Shown here piece by piece: positions 48,329-58,519 of a DNA stretch of 64,000 nucleotides. The notes beneath the pieces were generated by a model. The model was not told where the DNA came from, made no database searches, and saw only the letters and a program-made list of their open reading frames with translations. Each line of letters starts with the position of its first letter. The stretch's first letter is position 1. The translations under genes were made by a program, and so were the position numbers. The DNA is from Candidatus Methanoperedenaceae archaeon. Its GTDB lineage: Archaea > Halobacteriota > Methanosarcinia > Methanosarcinales > Methanoperedenaceae. The stretch is taken from NCBI GenBank assembly GCA_963753595.1, contig CAVWCX010000036.1, positions 1 through 64,000 of the forward strand. Reading direction: 5' to 3'.

Positions 48329-49282
48329 ATGGACAAATTGGCGATTATCACAAGGAACACGGAAGAGATAGTAACAAAAGAAGAGCTTGAAGCACTGGTC
48401 AATTCGGAAAAACAGCCATCAGCCTATGTGGGCTACGAACCCAGCGGGAAAATACACATGGGCCATGTGCTGACCGTTAACAAACTCCTTGACCTCCAGC
48501 AGGCAGGTTTCAAAATTACGGTGCTTCTTGCTGATGTACATGCTTATCTTAATGAGAAAGGGACTATGGATGAAGTCAGAAAGATCGCCGATTACAATAA
48601 AAGATGTTTCATAGCACTTGGTCTTGATGAAAAGAACACGAACTTTGTCCTGGGCTCCTCATACCAGCTGAGTTCAGAATACATGCTTGACGTCCTTAAA
48701 CTTGCCCGCAGCACCACGCTTAATCGTGCGCGGCGAAGTATGGATGAAGTGAGCCGGAATTCCGAAGACCCCAAGGTATCACAGATGATCTATCCCATTA
48801 TGCAGGCTCTTGATATCGCCCATCTTGGTGTTGATGTAGCTGTTGGCGGCATCGACCAGCGTAAGATCCACATGCTGGCGCGGGAAGGTTTGCCAGAACT
48901 CGGCTATAAGGCGCCTGTATGTATCCATACACCTATTCTTCTTGGTCTTGACGGCAAGAAAATGTCATCCAGCAAGGGGAATTACATTTCAGTGGATGAT
49001 ATGCCCGAAGATATGAAGAAGAAAATGAAAGGCGCGTTCTGCGTGGAGGGCGAGGTAAAAGATAACCCCGTACTTGCTCTTTTTAAGTACCACATCACGC
49101 CGCGTTATCCCGATATCGTGATAAAGCGCCCCGAGAAATTCGGCGGCAACCTGAATTATAACAGTTATGAGGCGCTTGAGGCTGATTTTGCTGCAAAGGC
49201 GCTGCATCCCATGGATTTGAAGACCGCAGCGGCTGAGTATATGAACGAGATACTTGATCCTGTAAGGAAGCTGATGGTTTAA
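48329..49282 (+). CDS. tyrS: Tyrosine-tRNA ligase (archaeal type)
   Basis: YVGYEPSG.IHMGH, YPIMQALD, GGIDQRKIH, KMSSS, LHPMDLK. Confidence 0.97.
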   Translation: MDKLAIITRNTEEIVTKEELEALVNSEKQPSAYVGYEPSGKIHMGHVLTVNKLLDLQQAGFKITVLLADVHAYLNEKGTMDEVRKIADYNKRCFIALGLDEKNTNFVLGSSYQLSSEYMLDVLKLARSTTLNRARRSMDEVSRNSEDPKVSQMIYPIMQALDIAHLGVDVAVGGIDQRKIHMLAREGLPELGYKAPVCIHTPILLGLDGKKMSSSKGNYISVDDMPEDMKKKMKGAFCVEGEVKDNPVLALFKYHITPRYPDIVIKRPEKFGGNLNYNSYEALEADFAAKALHPMDLKTAAAEYMNEILDPVRKLMV

Positions 49283-49303
49283 AATAATTCAAAAGGAGTT
49301 ATT

Positions 49304-49594
49304 ATGATCACGCACGTTGTTCTTTTTAAATTGAAAGACAGAAGCCCCCAGAGCATCGAAAAAGCAAAGGATGTTCTGCTTGGCCTGAAAGGTAAGATCC
49401 CTTTCTTGCGCTACCTGGAAGTCGGGACAGACGTTCTCCACTCCGAGCGGTCTTATGACATCGCACTTATTACGAAGTTTGATTCAATGGAAGACTTGCA
49501 GGCATACCAGGTCCATCCAGTCCATCTGGAAGTGGCAAAATACATAACGGCGGTAAGGGAATCTGCGATTGCTGTGGATTTCGAATCGAAATAG
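49304..49594 (+). CDS. Stress-responsive A/B barrel (Dabb) protein
   Basis: ITHVVLFKLK...IP....F.S.EDL.AY..HP.H. Confidence 0.92.
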   Translation: MITHVVLFKLKDRSPQSIEKAKDVLLGLKGKIPFLRYLEVGTDVLHSERSYDIALITKFDSMEDLQAYQVHPVHLEVAKYITAVRESAIAVDFESK

Positions 49595-49678
49595 GCACCA
49601 ATTTACTCAAAACCCTGGAAATAAAAGATAATCATCATATAGTTTATTGGTTATAATAACTTAAAGAAAGCTGGAGAT

Positions 49679-50113
49679 ATGATGGATATCGAACGTATTA
49701 GAAGATACAAAGATAAAATGAACTTCATTTCTGAAAGAAGACAGGATATTGAAGAATGGATTTCAGGCTTTGATCCTTCTGATTTTATTTCTGATAAAAA
49801 GACCCGACTTGCGGTTTATAAAGCATTCCAGGAACTGGTGGAAGCATCTTTTGATATTGCTGCAATGGCATGTAAAGATTTAAAATTAATTCCGAAGGAT
49901 GACTATACAAATATCGACCTGCTATTTGAAAAAAAGATCATTAATATCGGCTTAAAAAATGCTCTTTCTGAGTCGAATGGTTTGAGGAATAGACTTGTTC
50001 ACCGTTATAATGGATTAGACGATTCCCTGGCGTTTGATTCAATCGTGGCGCATCTAACAACGATTTCGGATTTTTCAGAGGTAATCGGGATATGGTTGAG
50101 ATCAAAATTATAA
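49679..50113 (+). CDS. HepT-like HEPN ribonuclease toxin (DUF86)
   Basis: RX4H motif GLRNRLVHRY. Confidence 0.9.
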   Translation: MMDIERIRRYKDKMNFISERRQDIEEWISGFDPSDFISDKKTRLAVYKAFQELVEASFDIAAMACKDLKLIPKDDYTNIDLLFEKKIINIGLKNALSESNGLRNRLVHRYNGLDDSLAFDSIVAHLTTISDFSEVIGIWLRSKL

Positions 50114-50487
50114 AGAAAGACTTTCTTTTCCTGTCTTTGCGGGATGATATTCTTGCTATCCTGCTTTACGGATCAGTGGCAAAAGGCGAGGAGACGCAGC
50201 GAAGCGATATAGATATCTGTATAATTTCACCTTCATGCAAAGATAAGTTAGGTTTACTGAATGAAATATACAGGAAACTGGATATATTTTCAAAAAAATA
50301 TGACGTCAGGTTTTTTGAAGAATTACCTCTTTATATTCAGATCAATGCAATAGAAAATAACCAAATAATTTATACAAAAGATGTTTATGAATTGTACGAA
50401 TATTTCTATTATTTCAGGAAGCTCTGGGAAGACCAGGCGATGAGGCAAAAAGTAACCCCTGCGGAAATGGCTGAAATTCTGGGATGA
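50092..50487 (+). CDS. MNT antitoxin
   Basis: LYGSVAKGE...RSDIDI; LPLYI. Confidence 0.9.
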   Translation: MVEIKIIKKDFLFLSLRDDILAILLYGSVAKGEETQRSDIDICIISPSCKDKLGLLNEIYRKLDIFSKKYDVRFFEELPLYIQINAIENNQIIYTKDVYELYEYFYYFRKLWEDQAMRQKVTPAEMAEILG

Positions 50488-50523
50488 GAGTATTGAAGAT
50501 TTGATTTCCCAAAAGCAGCGATC

Positions 50524-51087
50524 TTATTCTTGTATATCATCAACTAAATAATCACTCTGGATCTTCACAACCTCAGTGCTGTCCTTAGCTTGCGAATATC
50601 TCTCAAGAGGTTCGAGGTTCAATTCAATGAATACGGGGCCCCATTTGAATTTATTAAGAATGAGCGCTGCCTGTTCCTTTTCACCGAGAATGTAAAGCGC
50701 CGCAGCAAAAGCCTCAACTGAACTTAACTTGAATGGCTTCCCGAAATTTACTGCATTTGCCGCAAGCAGGTAGGGAAGGGCGCGGTGCTTCATCATCAGT
50801 TTTTGAAGCGTCGGAAATACACGTTCCACCTCCTCCCACGAACAATCAAGCACAACAATGCCTTTCCTGGCATCATCCGCTGGTGAGAGTGCTTGTTGGG
50901 CGAACGGGTCAAGGAATATCGCCTCCCTTGGAAGTGTCCTGGGATTTTTGTGGAGATTTGCCAGATTGAACCTGGCAAGCTTTTTCCCGGTGCACTTTTT
51001 GGGGTCGCACTGGTCGGCGTGATAGAAATGAAGGGGAATTCCATTATGCGAAAGATGTGGTATATCTTTTTTAAAAGGAGGTCTCAT
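50524..51087 (-). CDS. tsr3: 16S/18S rRNA aminocarboxypropyltransferase Tsr3 (DUF367)
   Basis: [36 protein letters not shown]. Confidence 0.93.
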   Translation of the reverse strand: MRPPFKKDIPHLSHNGIPLHFYHADQCDPKKCTGKKLARFNLANLHKNPRTLPREAIFLDPFAQQALSPADDARKGIVVLDCSWEEVERVFPTLQKLMMKHRALPYLLAANAVNFGKPFKLSSVEAFAAALYILGEKEQAALILNKFKWGPVFIELNLEPLERYSQAKDSTEVVKIQSDYLVDDIQE

Positions 51088-51248
51088 TTTATAAGTACAA
51101 TTAGTCGTTTTTGCTATATATATGGGTGCATAGTATTTGTTTTCACAGCAAAGTCAGCTATGAAAGGCGTTCCTAGCTGACTTTACGGTGATTATATGTT
51201 ATAAACTCCCTTAAAGTCTTAAATACAATTACCCACATATTTCCCCCA

Positions 51249-51689
51249 ATGAAAAATTCCGAGATACTCACATGTTTCCAGTGCGGCACTTGTACAGGAA
51301 GCTGCCCCTCTGGCAAGTACACGAGCCTCAATGTGAGAAGGATCATCAAAGATTCAATAAAAAAAGACATCTCAGACCAGCCCGACCTCTGGATGTGCAC
51401 GACATGCTATAATTGTCAGGAAAGATGCCCGCGCGGAATAAAAGTAACAGATGCCATCCTGTCCCTTCGTGCCGAAGCTGTGAAAAAAGACAGGATACTG
51501 CCAGAGCACAGGGCTGTTTGTAAATTCCTTATTGAGTTGGGACATGCCGTTCCAATTGATGATATTCACAAAACCATCAGGGAAAAAATCGGGCTTTCGC
51601 AGCCTGAGACCGTAAGTAAGTATCCGAAAGCGCTAAAGGATGTAAAAACACTTCTTGAATCATGCGGTTTTAATGAGCTGGTAAAATAA
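51249..51689 (+). CDS. hdrC: Heterodisulfide reductase subunit C
   Basis: CFQCGTCTGSCP and WMCTTCYNCQERCPR; GHAVP. Confidence 0.93.
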   Translation: MKNSEILTCFQCGTCTGSCPSGKYTSLNVRRIIKDSIKKDISDQPDLWMCTTCYNCQERCPRGIKVTDAILSLRAEAVKKDRILPEHRAVCKFLIELGHAVPIDDIHKTIREKIGLSQPETVSKYPKALKDVKTLLESCGFNELVK

Positions 51690-52597
51690 TGAAGGACTTA
51701 TCTCTTTTCCTGGGATGCGTGATCCCTAACCGTTATCCTGGCATCGAAAAAGCTACAAGGCTGATACTTGACAGGCTCGGGATAAAATGGAGTGAACTGA
51801 AGGAAGCTTCATGCTGCCCCGCGCCCGGGATATTCCGTTCGTTTGATAAAGTAACATGGCTCACGATCGCTTCAAGGAACATAGTGCTGGCAGAAGAAAA
51901 TAACACTGACATCCTGACGATCTGCAATGGCTGCTTCAGTTCCCTGATGGATGCCAACAATATTTTAAAGAACGACACAGCTCTTCGAAATGAAGTGAAT
52001 TTACATCTTAAAAAGATCAATAAGGAGTATAAAGGCACTATAGAGATCAGGCATATAATTGAATTCCTGGATAAAGAGATCGGTGCAAAAAACCTGAATA
52101 AATTAATTGAGAAACCACTTGAACTAAGAGTCGCAGTGCATTACGGATGTCATCTCCTGAAACCAACAAAAGACAGGTTACTTGGAGGTGCAGAATGCCC
52201 GGTGTTTTTTGACCGGCTTGTGGAAGCAACAGGCGCTGTAAGTGTTCCGTATGAAGGAAAAACAAGTTGCTGCGGTGCTGGAGGGGGTGTGCGTTCGGCA
52301 ATGCTTGAAACTTCTTTTAAGATGACAGAATATAAACTGGACCGGATCAAAAAAGCTGGTGTTGACTGCATTGTAGAAGCATGTCCATTTTGTCATCTTC
52401 AATACGATGGCGCTCAGGTAGAACTTGCAAAAGCCGGAAAAACCTACAATATCCCGGTCGTACATTACAGCCAGCTGCTTGGGCTGGCATTCGGCTATAC
52501 GCCTGAAGAAGTCGGGCTGAACCTCAATGCTGTGAGGAGCCCTGAATTTGAAGCTAAGATCGCCCTGATCCAGAAAAAAGATACATCTGTCAAATGA
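51689..52597 (+). CDS. hdrB: Heterodisulfide reductase subunit B
   Basis: FLGC.IPNRYPG, CCPAPG, CNGC, HYGCH, CCGAGGG, CPFCHLQ.D. Confidence 0.95.
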   Translation: MKDLSLFLGCVIPNRYPGIEKATRLILDRLGIKWSELKEASCCPAPGIFRSFDKVTWLTIASRNIVLAEENNTDILTICNGCFSSLMDANNILKNDTALRNEVNLHLKKINKEYKGTIEIRHIIEFLDKEIGAKNLNKLIEKPLELRVAVHYGCHLLKPTKDRLLGGAECPVFFDRLVEATGAVSVPYEGKTSCCGAGGGVRSAMLETSFKMTEYKLDRIKKAGVDCIVEACPFCHLQYDGAQVELAKAGKTYNIPVVHYSQLLGLAFGYTPEEVGLNLNAVRSPEFEAKIALIQKKDTSVK

Positions 52598-52754
52598 TCT
52601 TTAAAAAACATGCTGATAAATCAGGAGGGTGTATGAAGATTTATACAGTTTATTGTATTCCCTCATCATGTTGCTTAATAAATCTTCAGTAAGATTTATA
52701 TATAAAAAGTTATTATATTTACATAGACTTTTTAAGGTCAGGAGGCAAAAACTT

Positions 52755-52799
52755 ATGGCAAAGAAAGTAACTAAAGGAAAGCCAAAACCCAAAAAGTAA
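52755..52799 (+). CDS. 14 aa Lys-rich micropeptide MAKKVTKGKPKPKK
   Basis: TTTATATATA box at 52695-52704, AGGAGG 9 nt before the ATG, T-tract downstream. Confidence 0.55.
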   Translation: MAKKVTKGKPKPKK

Positions 52800-52826
52800 T
52801 AAATCTGATTACTTTTCTTTTTTTTT
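52792..52826 (+). terminator. Hairpin plus oligo-T terminator
   Basis: aaaagtaat/attactttt inverted repeat followed by a run of T. Confidence 0.5.
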
Positions 52827-53223
52827 GTAAAAACGAATTCTAAATCCCAGTCAGTGTTAACTCAGGCCGGAAAAAAAGGGAATAAAGGCGCAAAATTGTA
52901 GACTTTTTTTTTATAGTTTTTATCTTTCCCAGATTCAAATTACACTGCGAAATAGTGATATATCTTTAGTCTGACAGATTCAGAAAATTCAGAAGGTTCA
53001 TATTTATGAAAATCACATCGCTTCAACTGATTATTGTTAGCAGAATGTATAACACCACACGTATTTATAAAGTTATATAATCTATAATTTATTTGAGAAA
53101 CAGCTATGGTTGATACATTTCATCATTATAAAATTTATGCTTCTGTCAAATTAAGGATATACGTTTATACTTTCCAACGCGTAAAAAAAATCGCCCTTTA
53201 TGAAGGACGATTATGCTAAATTC

Positions 53224-54096
53224 CTACTCAAGCCCGAAATGCTTTACATTCCAGTCAGCTATCGCCTGTATCTTCTTGATACTTTCATTTTTTCCTTCCA
53301 TTGTGAAAAGATGTTTGAAGCGCCCCTGGACTTTCAGGTATTCTTCCACAGGTTTCCGGTTCTTGATCTTCCTGACGTTTGTGATCTCGCCATTTTCCAT
53401 CTCATATAGAGGCCACAAAGCAGTCTCAACTGCCAGCCTGCCAACCTCTATTGTCTTTGAGCTGTCAAATTTCCAGCCCGTGCAGCAAGGCGCATGAACA
53501 TGAACATAAGTGGGACCTTTTACCTGGGCTGCCTTTTTCACTTTTTTTATCATATCGGGCGCATATCCGATCGAAGCTGTTGCCACATAAGGAGACCCGT
53601 GGGCTGCGATTATCGCAGGCATATTTTTTTTATTCAGGGGATTCCCGATCGAGGCTTTGCCGTGTGGGCTCGTAGTTGTGCTTGCATATAATGGTGTAGC
53701 GCCGCTTCGCTGGATACCTGTATTCATATAAGCCTCATTATCAACACAGATATAGGTAAAATCGGTCCCGCGCTCAAATGCGCCCGATATTGCCTGTAAA
53801 CCTATATCAAAGGTGGCGCCGTCTCCGCCAATAGCCACGATCTTTGTGTTATTTTTCTTACCAAGTGCTATCAGCGCTGCATCAACGCCTGAAGCAACAG
53901 CTGCTGCATTCTCAAAAAGAGAATGTATCCATGGAACGCCCCATGCAGACTCAGGATATGGGGTGGTAAACACTTCAAGACATCCTGTCGGGCTGACAAC
54001 TATAACATCCTCGCCAAGAGCATCAAGCATGAATTTTCCTGCAAAAGCATCTCCGCAACCTGCACATCCACGATGACCGGGTTTTAACAGGCTCAT
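53224..54096 (-). CDS. porB: Pyruvate:ferredoxin oxidoreductase beta subunit
   Basis: [31 protein letters not shown]. Confidence 0.95.
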   Translation of the reverse strand: MSLLKPGHRGCAGCGDAFAGKFMLDALGEDVIVVSPTGCLEVFTTPYPESAWGVPWIHSLFENAAAVASGVDAALIALGKKNNTKIVAIGGDGATFDIGLQAISGAFERGTDFTYICVDNEAYMNTGIQRSGATPLYASTTTSPHGKASIGNPLNKKNMPAIIAAHGSPYVATASIGYAPDMIKKVKKAAQVKGPTYVHVHAPCCTGWKFDSSKTIEVGRLAVETALWPLYEMENGEITNVRKIKNRKPVEEYLKVQGRFKHLFTMEGKNESIKKIQAIADWNVKHFGLE

Positions 54097-55280
54097 GCCA
54101 GGTCCTCCCTCAGGTCTGCGTATTCGCTTTCTATGAATATACCTTTTTCAACTAATTTTGCCTTGTTGATAATTTTCTTGATAATATGTATGGGAATATC
54201 GCGTCCACCGTGACCAAGCATGAAACCGATAACTGGCACCCTATTGTCTGTGTTATGGAGACAGGCCTTGACTTCAGTACAAAGTGCCCCCTCATTCTTT
54301 CCGACAGAAATATTCTTATCAAGAGTTATGACGACCTTTGCATTCTTCAGTGATTTCCTTATAGCCTCTGTCGGGAAAGGCCTGAAAGACCGAACTTTAA
54401 GAAGTCCGACACTTTCTCCTTCGGATCGAAGTTCATCGATCGTATCTTTTATAGTTCCAATGATAGAACCCATTGCCATAATGACAATTTCCGCGTCATC
54501 AAGTACATAACCATCAATAAGGCCGCCGTAATATCTTCCATAGATATCTTTGAATTCGTTTGCGATCTCTTCTATCTTCTCTAAGGCCACACCCATTGCT
54601 TTTTCCTGTTTGTACCGAAACTCCGTATATGTACTTGGATCAGCAAAAGCGCCAAATGACATCGGGTTTTTCGGATCAAGAACGAATTCGGGATCATATG
54701 CAGGAAGGAATTCATCAGTGAGGCTCTGTTCAAGTAATATCACTGGTTCATATACATGGGAAAGGATAAATCCGTCCATACATGACATTGCGGGAAGCAA
54801 AACATCTTCATCCTCAGCAAGCTTGTATATCTGGGGGGTCATATCTGCTGATTCCTGGACATCCTCAGCATAAAGCTGTATCCAGCCCGTATCTCTCTGT
54901 GAGATGGAGTCCTGCTGGTCATTCCATATATTTATTGGGGCCGAAAGTGCACGGTTCACAACTGTCATGACAATGGGTAATCTCATCCCCGAGGCATTGA
55001 ATAATACTTCATGCATGAGCGCAAGGCCTTGCGAAGTTGTTGAGGAATATGTCCTTGCTCCTGCTGCGCTTGCTCCTATTAAAGCCGAAATGGCTGAGAA
55101 TTCCGATTCCACATTCATATATTGGCAATCTATATCACCATCAGCAACAAATTGCGCCAGGTCCTCAACAATATGCGTCTGGGGGGTGATAGGATATGCT
55201 GATATTACATTTGGCCTGCATACCTTCACGGCATGAGCCACCGCGTACGATCCTTCTACAACTACCATGTTTTTTCTCAT
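54093..55280 (-). CDS. porA: Pyruvate:ferredoxin oxidoreductase alpha subunit
   Basis: [27 protein letters not shown]. Confidence 0.95.
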   Translation of the reverse strand: MRKNMVVVEGSYAVAHAVKVCRPNVISAYPITPQTHIVEDLAQFVADGDIDCQYMNVESEFSAISALIGASAAGARTYSSTTSQGLALMHEVLFNASGMRLPIVMTVVNRALSAPINIWNDQQDSISQRDTGWIQLYAEDVQESADMTPQIYKLAEDEDVLLPAMSCMDGFILSHVYEPVILLEQSLTDEFLPAYDPEFVLDPKNPMSFGAFADPSTYTEFRYKQEKAMGVALEKIEEIANEFKDIYGRYYGGLIDGYVLDDAEIVIMAMGSIIGTIKDTIDELRSEGESVGLLKVRSFRPFPTEAIRKSLKNAKVVITLDKNISVGKNEGALCTEVKACLHNTDNRVPVIGFMLGHGGRDIPIHIIKKIINKAKLVEKGIFIESEYADLREDLA

Positions 55281-55537
55281 TTTCCCTCCAGCACCATTAC
55301 GATGGCTTTCTTTGGACATTCGTTAGCACAAATGCCGCATCCTTTGCAGTATTCATAATCCGGCTCAAAATAACCATTTTCCAACTTATAGACAACTCCT
55401 TCAGGGCAATAAATCCCGCAAATCCCGCATTTACTGCATAGTTTATGATCAAAAACCGGCCTGAATGAACGCCATGCTCCTGTTTTATTTGCGCGGGTGC
55501 TCCCTGGTTTTGTCACTGTCTTGATTACAAGTTTCAT
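55277..55537 (-). CDS. porD: Pyruvate:ferredoxin oxidoreductase delta subunit
   Basis: KTGAWR..RP; two 4Fe-4S motifs, [12 protein letters not shown]. Confidence 0.95.
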   Translation of the reverse strand: MKLVIKTVTKPGSTRANKTGAWRSFRPVFDHKLCSKCGICGIYCPEGVVYKLENGYFEPDYEYCKGCGICANECPKKAIVMVLEGK

Positions 55538-56079
55538 CGCTGGGCCTCCATAAGATCATATGCAGCTTGTATTGCCTGGCAATTTTTCTCACCGACTTTT
55601 CCAGGGAACCGTTCCATAACGGCATTTTTAATGGATTCCGGATTGATAAGACCGGAGACACCGGCAAAAGCGCCGGCAAGAACAGTATTAACAATGGGTT
55701 TTCCAATGATGTCCATTGCAAGTTTTGTGGCATCCAGGGTTTTGACGATAGCTTTTGTGTTAAAATTGAAAGTATCCGGGCTTTTTTCCGTGTTTATTAA
55801 AATAAATCCATCGGGCTTGGTCCCTGCGGCCACATTAACTACATCAATGAGCGTCGCATCCTGTACTACCACATAGTCAGGTTCATATATCTGGCTCCGC
55901 AGACGTATGGGTTTTTCATCAATACGCACAAATGCAGTTACCGGGGCGCCTCTTCTTTCAACGCCAAACGCAGGAAAAGCCTGGCTGTATTTCCCGTCCT
56001 CAAATGCTGCAACGGCCAGTAGTTCTGCTGCAGTCACAGAACCCTGTCCACCGCGACCATGTATTCGAATTTCCTTCAT
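55534..56079 (-). CDS. porC: Pyruvate:ferredoxin oxidoreductase gamma subunit
   Basis: [20 protein letters not shown]. Confidence 0.95.
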   Translation of the reverse strand: MKEIRIHGRGGQGSVTAAELLAVAAFEDGKYSQAFPAFGVERRGAPVTAFVRIDEKPIRLRSQIYEPDYVVVQDATLIDVVNVAAGTKPDGFILINTEKSPDTFNFNTKAIVKTLDATKLAMDIIGKPIVNTVLAGAFAGVSGLINPESIKNAVMERFPGKVGEKNCQAIQAAYDLMEAQR

Positions 56080-56270
56080 TTCCTTTCTCCAAGAATAATA
56101 GATAATGTATATATTTATTAATTATTTAACAATCAATCGTGATGAATGCTCAAACAATTGCATTATGGTATTTATTCTTTACGGGGTGAGAATATTGTAT
56201 TCCTGAAAAACACTATTGAAAATTTGAGTAAACTATATCTCATTTCGAGACGTAATAATGAAGTTTAAAT

Positions 56271-57542
56271 ATGACAGATGAGAAATTTTTGATAACGGAA
56301 TTGGTATTGACAGCACATCTGTATAATCAGTCAGATAAGCTTACCGTAGATGACCTTCCACAGAAAATAAGGAAACATTACTGGGATGATAAAGAAAAAA
56401 CCGTAAAGCGTCCCATTTATGTAACTGAAGGGGATATAAAAACCATTTATGGAATTGAAAATGTAAAAAACAGTACAAAATTACTTCCTTTCCTTGAATT
56501 CGAAGATTTTGGCTCCCAGATCAAACTCAACATCTTTGATCTTGCGATAAAGTGGGTATCAAAACATCCTGAAGCGGTTGAGAATATAAATAAGAATCCT
56601 GTTCTGGCTTCATTTTTTGAGAGTTATGATTCACTACCAGTAAGCTATAAGAAAGCAAAAGCTTCGATCATGCCAAAAGAAAGCGGCAGGGAATGGATCA
56701 ACTCCCTGATCAAGAGCATTGAATCTGAAAAAGGATCCGAAGATATGCTAAAACTTGCACACATTGTAGCGCCGGAGGATATTAAACAGAATATTTCTGA
56801 CCTTATCCTTACAAAAGCCCAGGAAGATGAGATCGAAAAAATGACTAAAGCGATACAATATCGCGATTACCTGAAGCGCATCGGTCTTCGGGAAATCGGG
56901 AAATTATTGTTCGTCGGGCCGCCAGGAACAGGAAAGACCTCGGTTGCCAGGGCTATTTCAGGTCAGCTTAAGATCCCGATAGTTGAAGTAAAACTCTCAC
57001 AAATTGCTGACCAGTATCTTGGCGAGACAGCCAAGAACATCGACAGGGTCTTTGAACTCGCAAAGCGCCTCAGTCCTTGCATCCTCTTTATCGATGAATT
57101 CGATTTCGTGGCAAAAGCAAGGGCAACGGATGAGCATGCAGCATTGAAAAGGGCGGTAAACACACTTCTTAAAGCCATTGACGAGGTCAGCCTTGTTGAA
57201 CATGGTGTACTGGTCATCGGAGCCACAAACCATCCTAACATACTTGACCATGCGGCATGGAGGAGGTTTGATGAGATCGTTGAGTTTGCATTGCCTGAAA
57301 AGGACATGAGGAAAAAGATACTTGATCTTATTTTAAGGGGCATCGAAGGTACCTTCGATACTGAAGAAATTGCTAATATTTCAGAAGGATATTCAGGATC
57401 GGATCTTCGCCTCATAGTAAGGGAGGCTGTTCTTAACGGGCTTATTACGGAAAGAACCGTCCTGACGCAGCAGGATCTGCTTCGTGGGGTTACCGAGTTC
57501 AATAAACGGACACATCTAAAGAAGCTTGATGAAAGTGTATGA
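56271..57542 (+). CDS. AAA+ ATPase with uncharacterised N-terminal domain
   Basis: GPPGTGKT, FIDEFD, ATNHP..LD.A.WRRFD. Confidence 0.9.
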   Translation: MTDEKFLITELVLTAHLYNQSDKLTVDDLPQKIRKHYWDDKEKTVKRPIYVTEGDIKTIYGIENVKNSTKLLPFLEFEDFGSQIKLNIFDLAIKWVSKHPEAVENINKNPVLASFFESYDSLPVSYKKAKASIMPKESGREWINSLIKSIESEKGSEDMLKLAHIVAPEDIKQNISDLILTKAQEDEIEKMTKAIQYRDYLKRIGLREIGKLLFVGPPGTGKTSVARAISGQLKIPIVEVKLSQIADQYLGETAKNIDRVFELAKRLSPCILFIDEFDFVAKARATDEHAALKRAVNTLLKAIDEVSLVEHGVLVIGATNHPNILDHAAWRRFDEIVEFALPEKDMRKKILDLILRGIEGTFDTEEIANISEGYSGSDLRLIVREAVLNGLITERTVLTQQDLLRGVTEFNKRTHLKKLDESV

Positions 57543-58279
57543 AAATAACACTTCTGGGAACTGGCGATGCTGTAGGAACACCTAAAATAGGATGTTCCTG
57601 CCCGACATGTCTTGATGCATTAGGGGGTGGCAAAAGCAGAAGACTTCGGTTTTCAGTTCTCGTTGAATCGGAATGCGGCAAAGTACTTATTGATACAAGC
57701 CCGGATTTGCGGTGGCAGCTTTTAAGAAAAGGTATAAGCCACGTTGATGGGGTGATCTGGACGCATGCCCATTATGACCATTATGCTGGTTTTGGGGATT
57801 TTCACCGTATCCAGAATGGGGTTAATGTTTATGGCCTGAAGATTACGCTGGATTACATATTGAATTATCTTTATTTCATGAATCCTGTGAGGCATGATGT
57901 ATTTCTTTATGAGCCTTTTTCACTTATAGGACTTGATTTTACGCTCCTTGAAGTAACACATCCGCCGCTTGAAGAGTCGGCAGCCGTAATAATATCAGAC
58001 GGCAGTAAAAAAGTCGTTATCACAGGCGATACTTCAAAAAATATTCCGGAAAAAACCCTTACGGCAATGTTTGAACCTGACCTATTGATAGCAGATGCCA
58101 TTATCCCACCGCGGGCGACTATTGCCAAACACATGAATTCAAAAGAAGCGATGGAACTCGGAAGGGAATTGAATGCAAAAAATGTGGTACTGACACATCT
58201 TAGCCATAAATTCCCCCCGCATGATGACTCAATTAAAGAGTGGCCTCTTGGCTATGATGGCCTGGAATTTGAATTTTAA
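57539..58279 (+). CDS. MBL-fold metallo-hydrolase (PhnP-like)
   Basis: LGTG...G.P..GC.C..C, THAHYDH, THLSH. Confidence 0.9.
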   Translation: MKITLLGTGDAVGTPKIGCSCPTCLDALGGGKSRRLRFSVLVESECGKVLIDTSPDLRWQLLRKGISHVDGVIWTHAHYDHYAGFGDFHRIQNGVNVYGLKITLDYILNYLYFMNPVRHDVFLYEPFSLIGLDFTLLEVTHPPLEESAAVIISDGSKKVVITGDTSKNIPEKTLTAMFEPDLLIADAIIPPRATIAKHMNSKEAMELGRELNAKNVVLTHLSHKFPPHDDSIKEWPLGYDGLEFEF

Positions 58280-58416
58280 TGTTTTGGGAAAATGGATGTT
58301 TCTGATGGCTGCTGTCCTTCAATATGCTCGTTAGGCGGGCCATAAGACTGGTCAGCCTTCTGCAGTAAACGCATCCATATTTCATATCCTAGATCAATAA
58401 ATTCGTTTTTGATCAT
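58276..58416 (-). CDS. Possible 46 aa hypothetical protein
   Basis: MIKNEFIDLGYEIWMRLLQK...; AGGTG upstream; no homology recognised. Confidence 0.25.
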   Translation of the reverse strand: MIKNEFIDLGYEIWMRLLQKADQSYGPPNEHIEGQQPSETSIFPKH

Positions 58417-58519
58417 AACACACCTAACCTATCCATTTTTTAACAGGTCTTGCAAGTATATTAAATGACTGGTTGTATTTTGAGTTTGCCCCCGCCGAAA
58501 TTTTTGGCTCATTCAGAAT

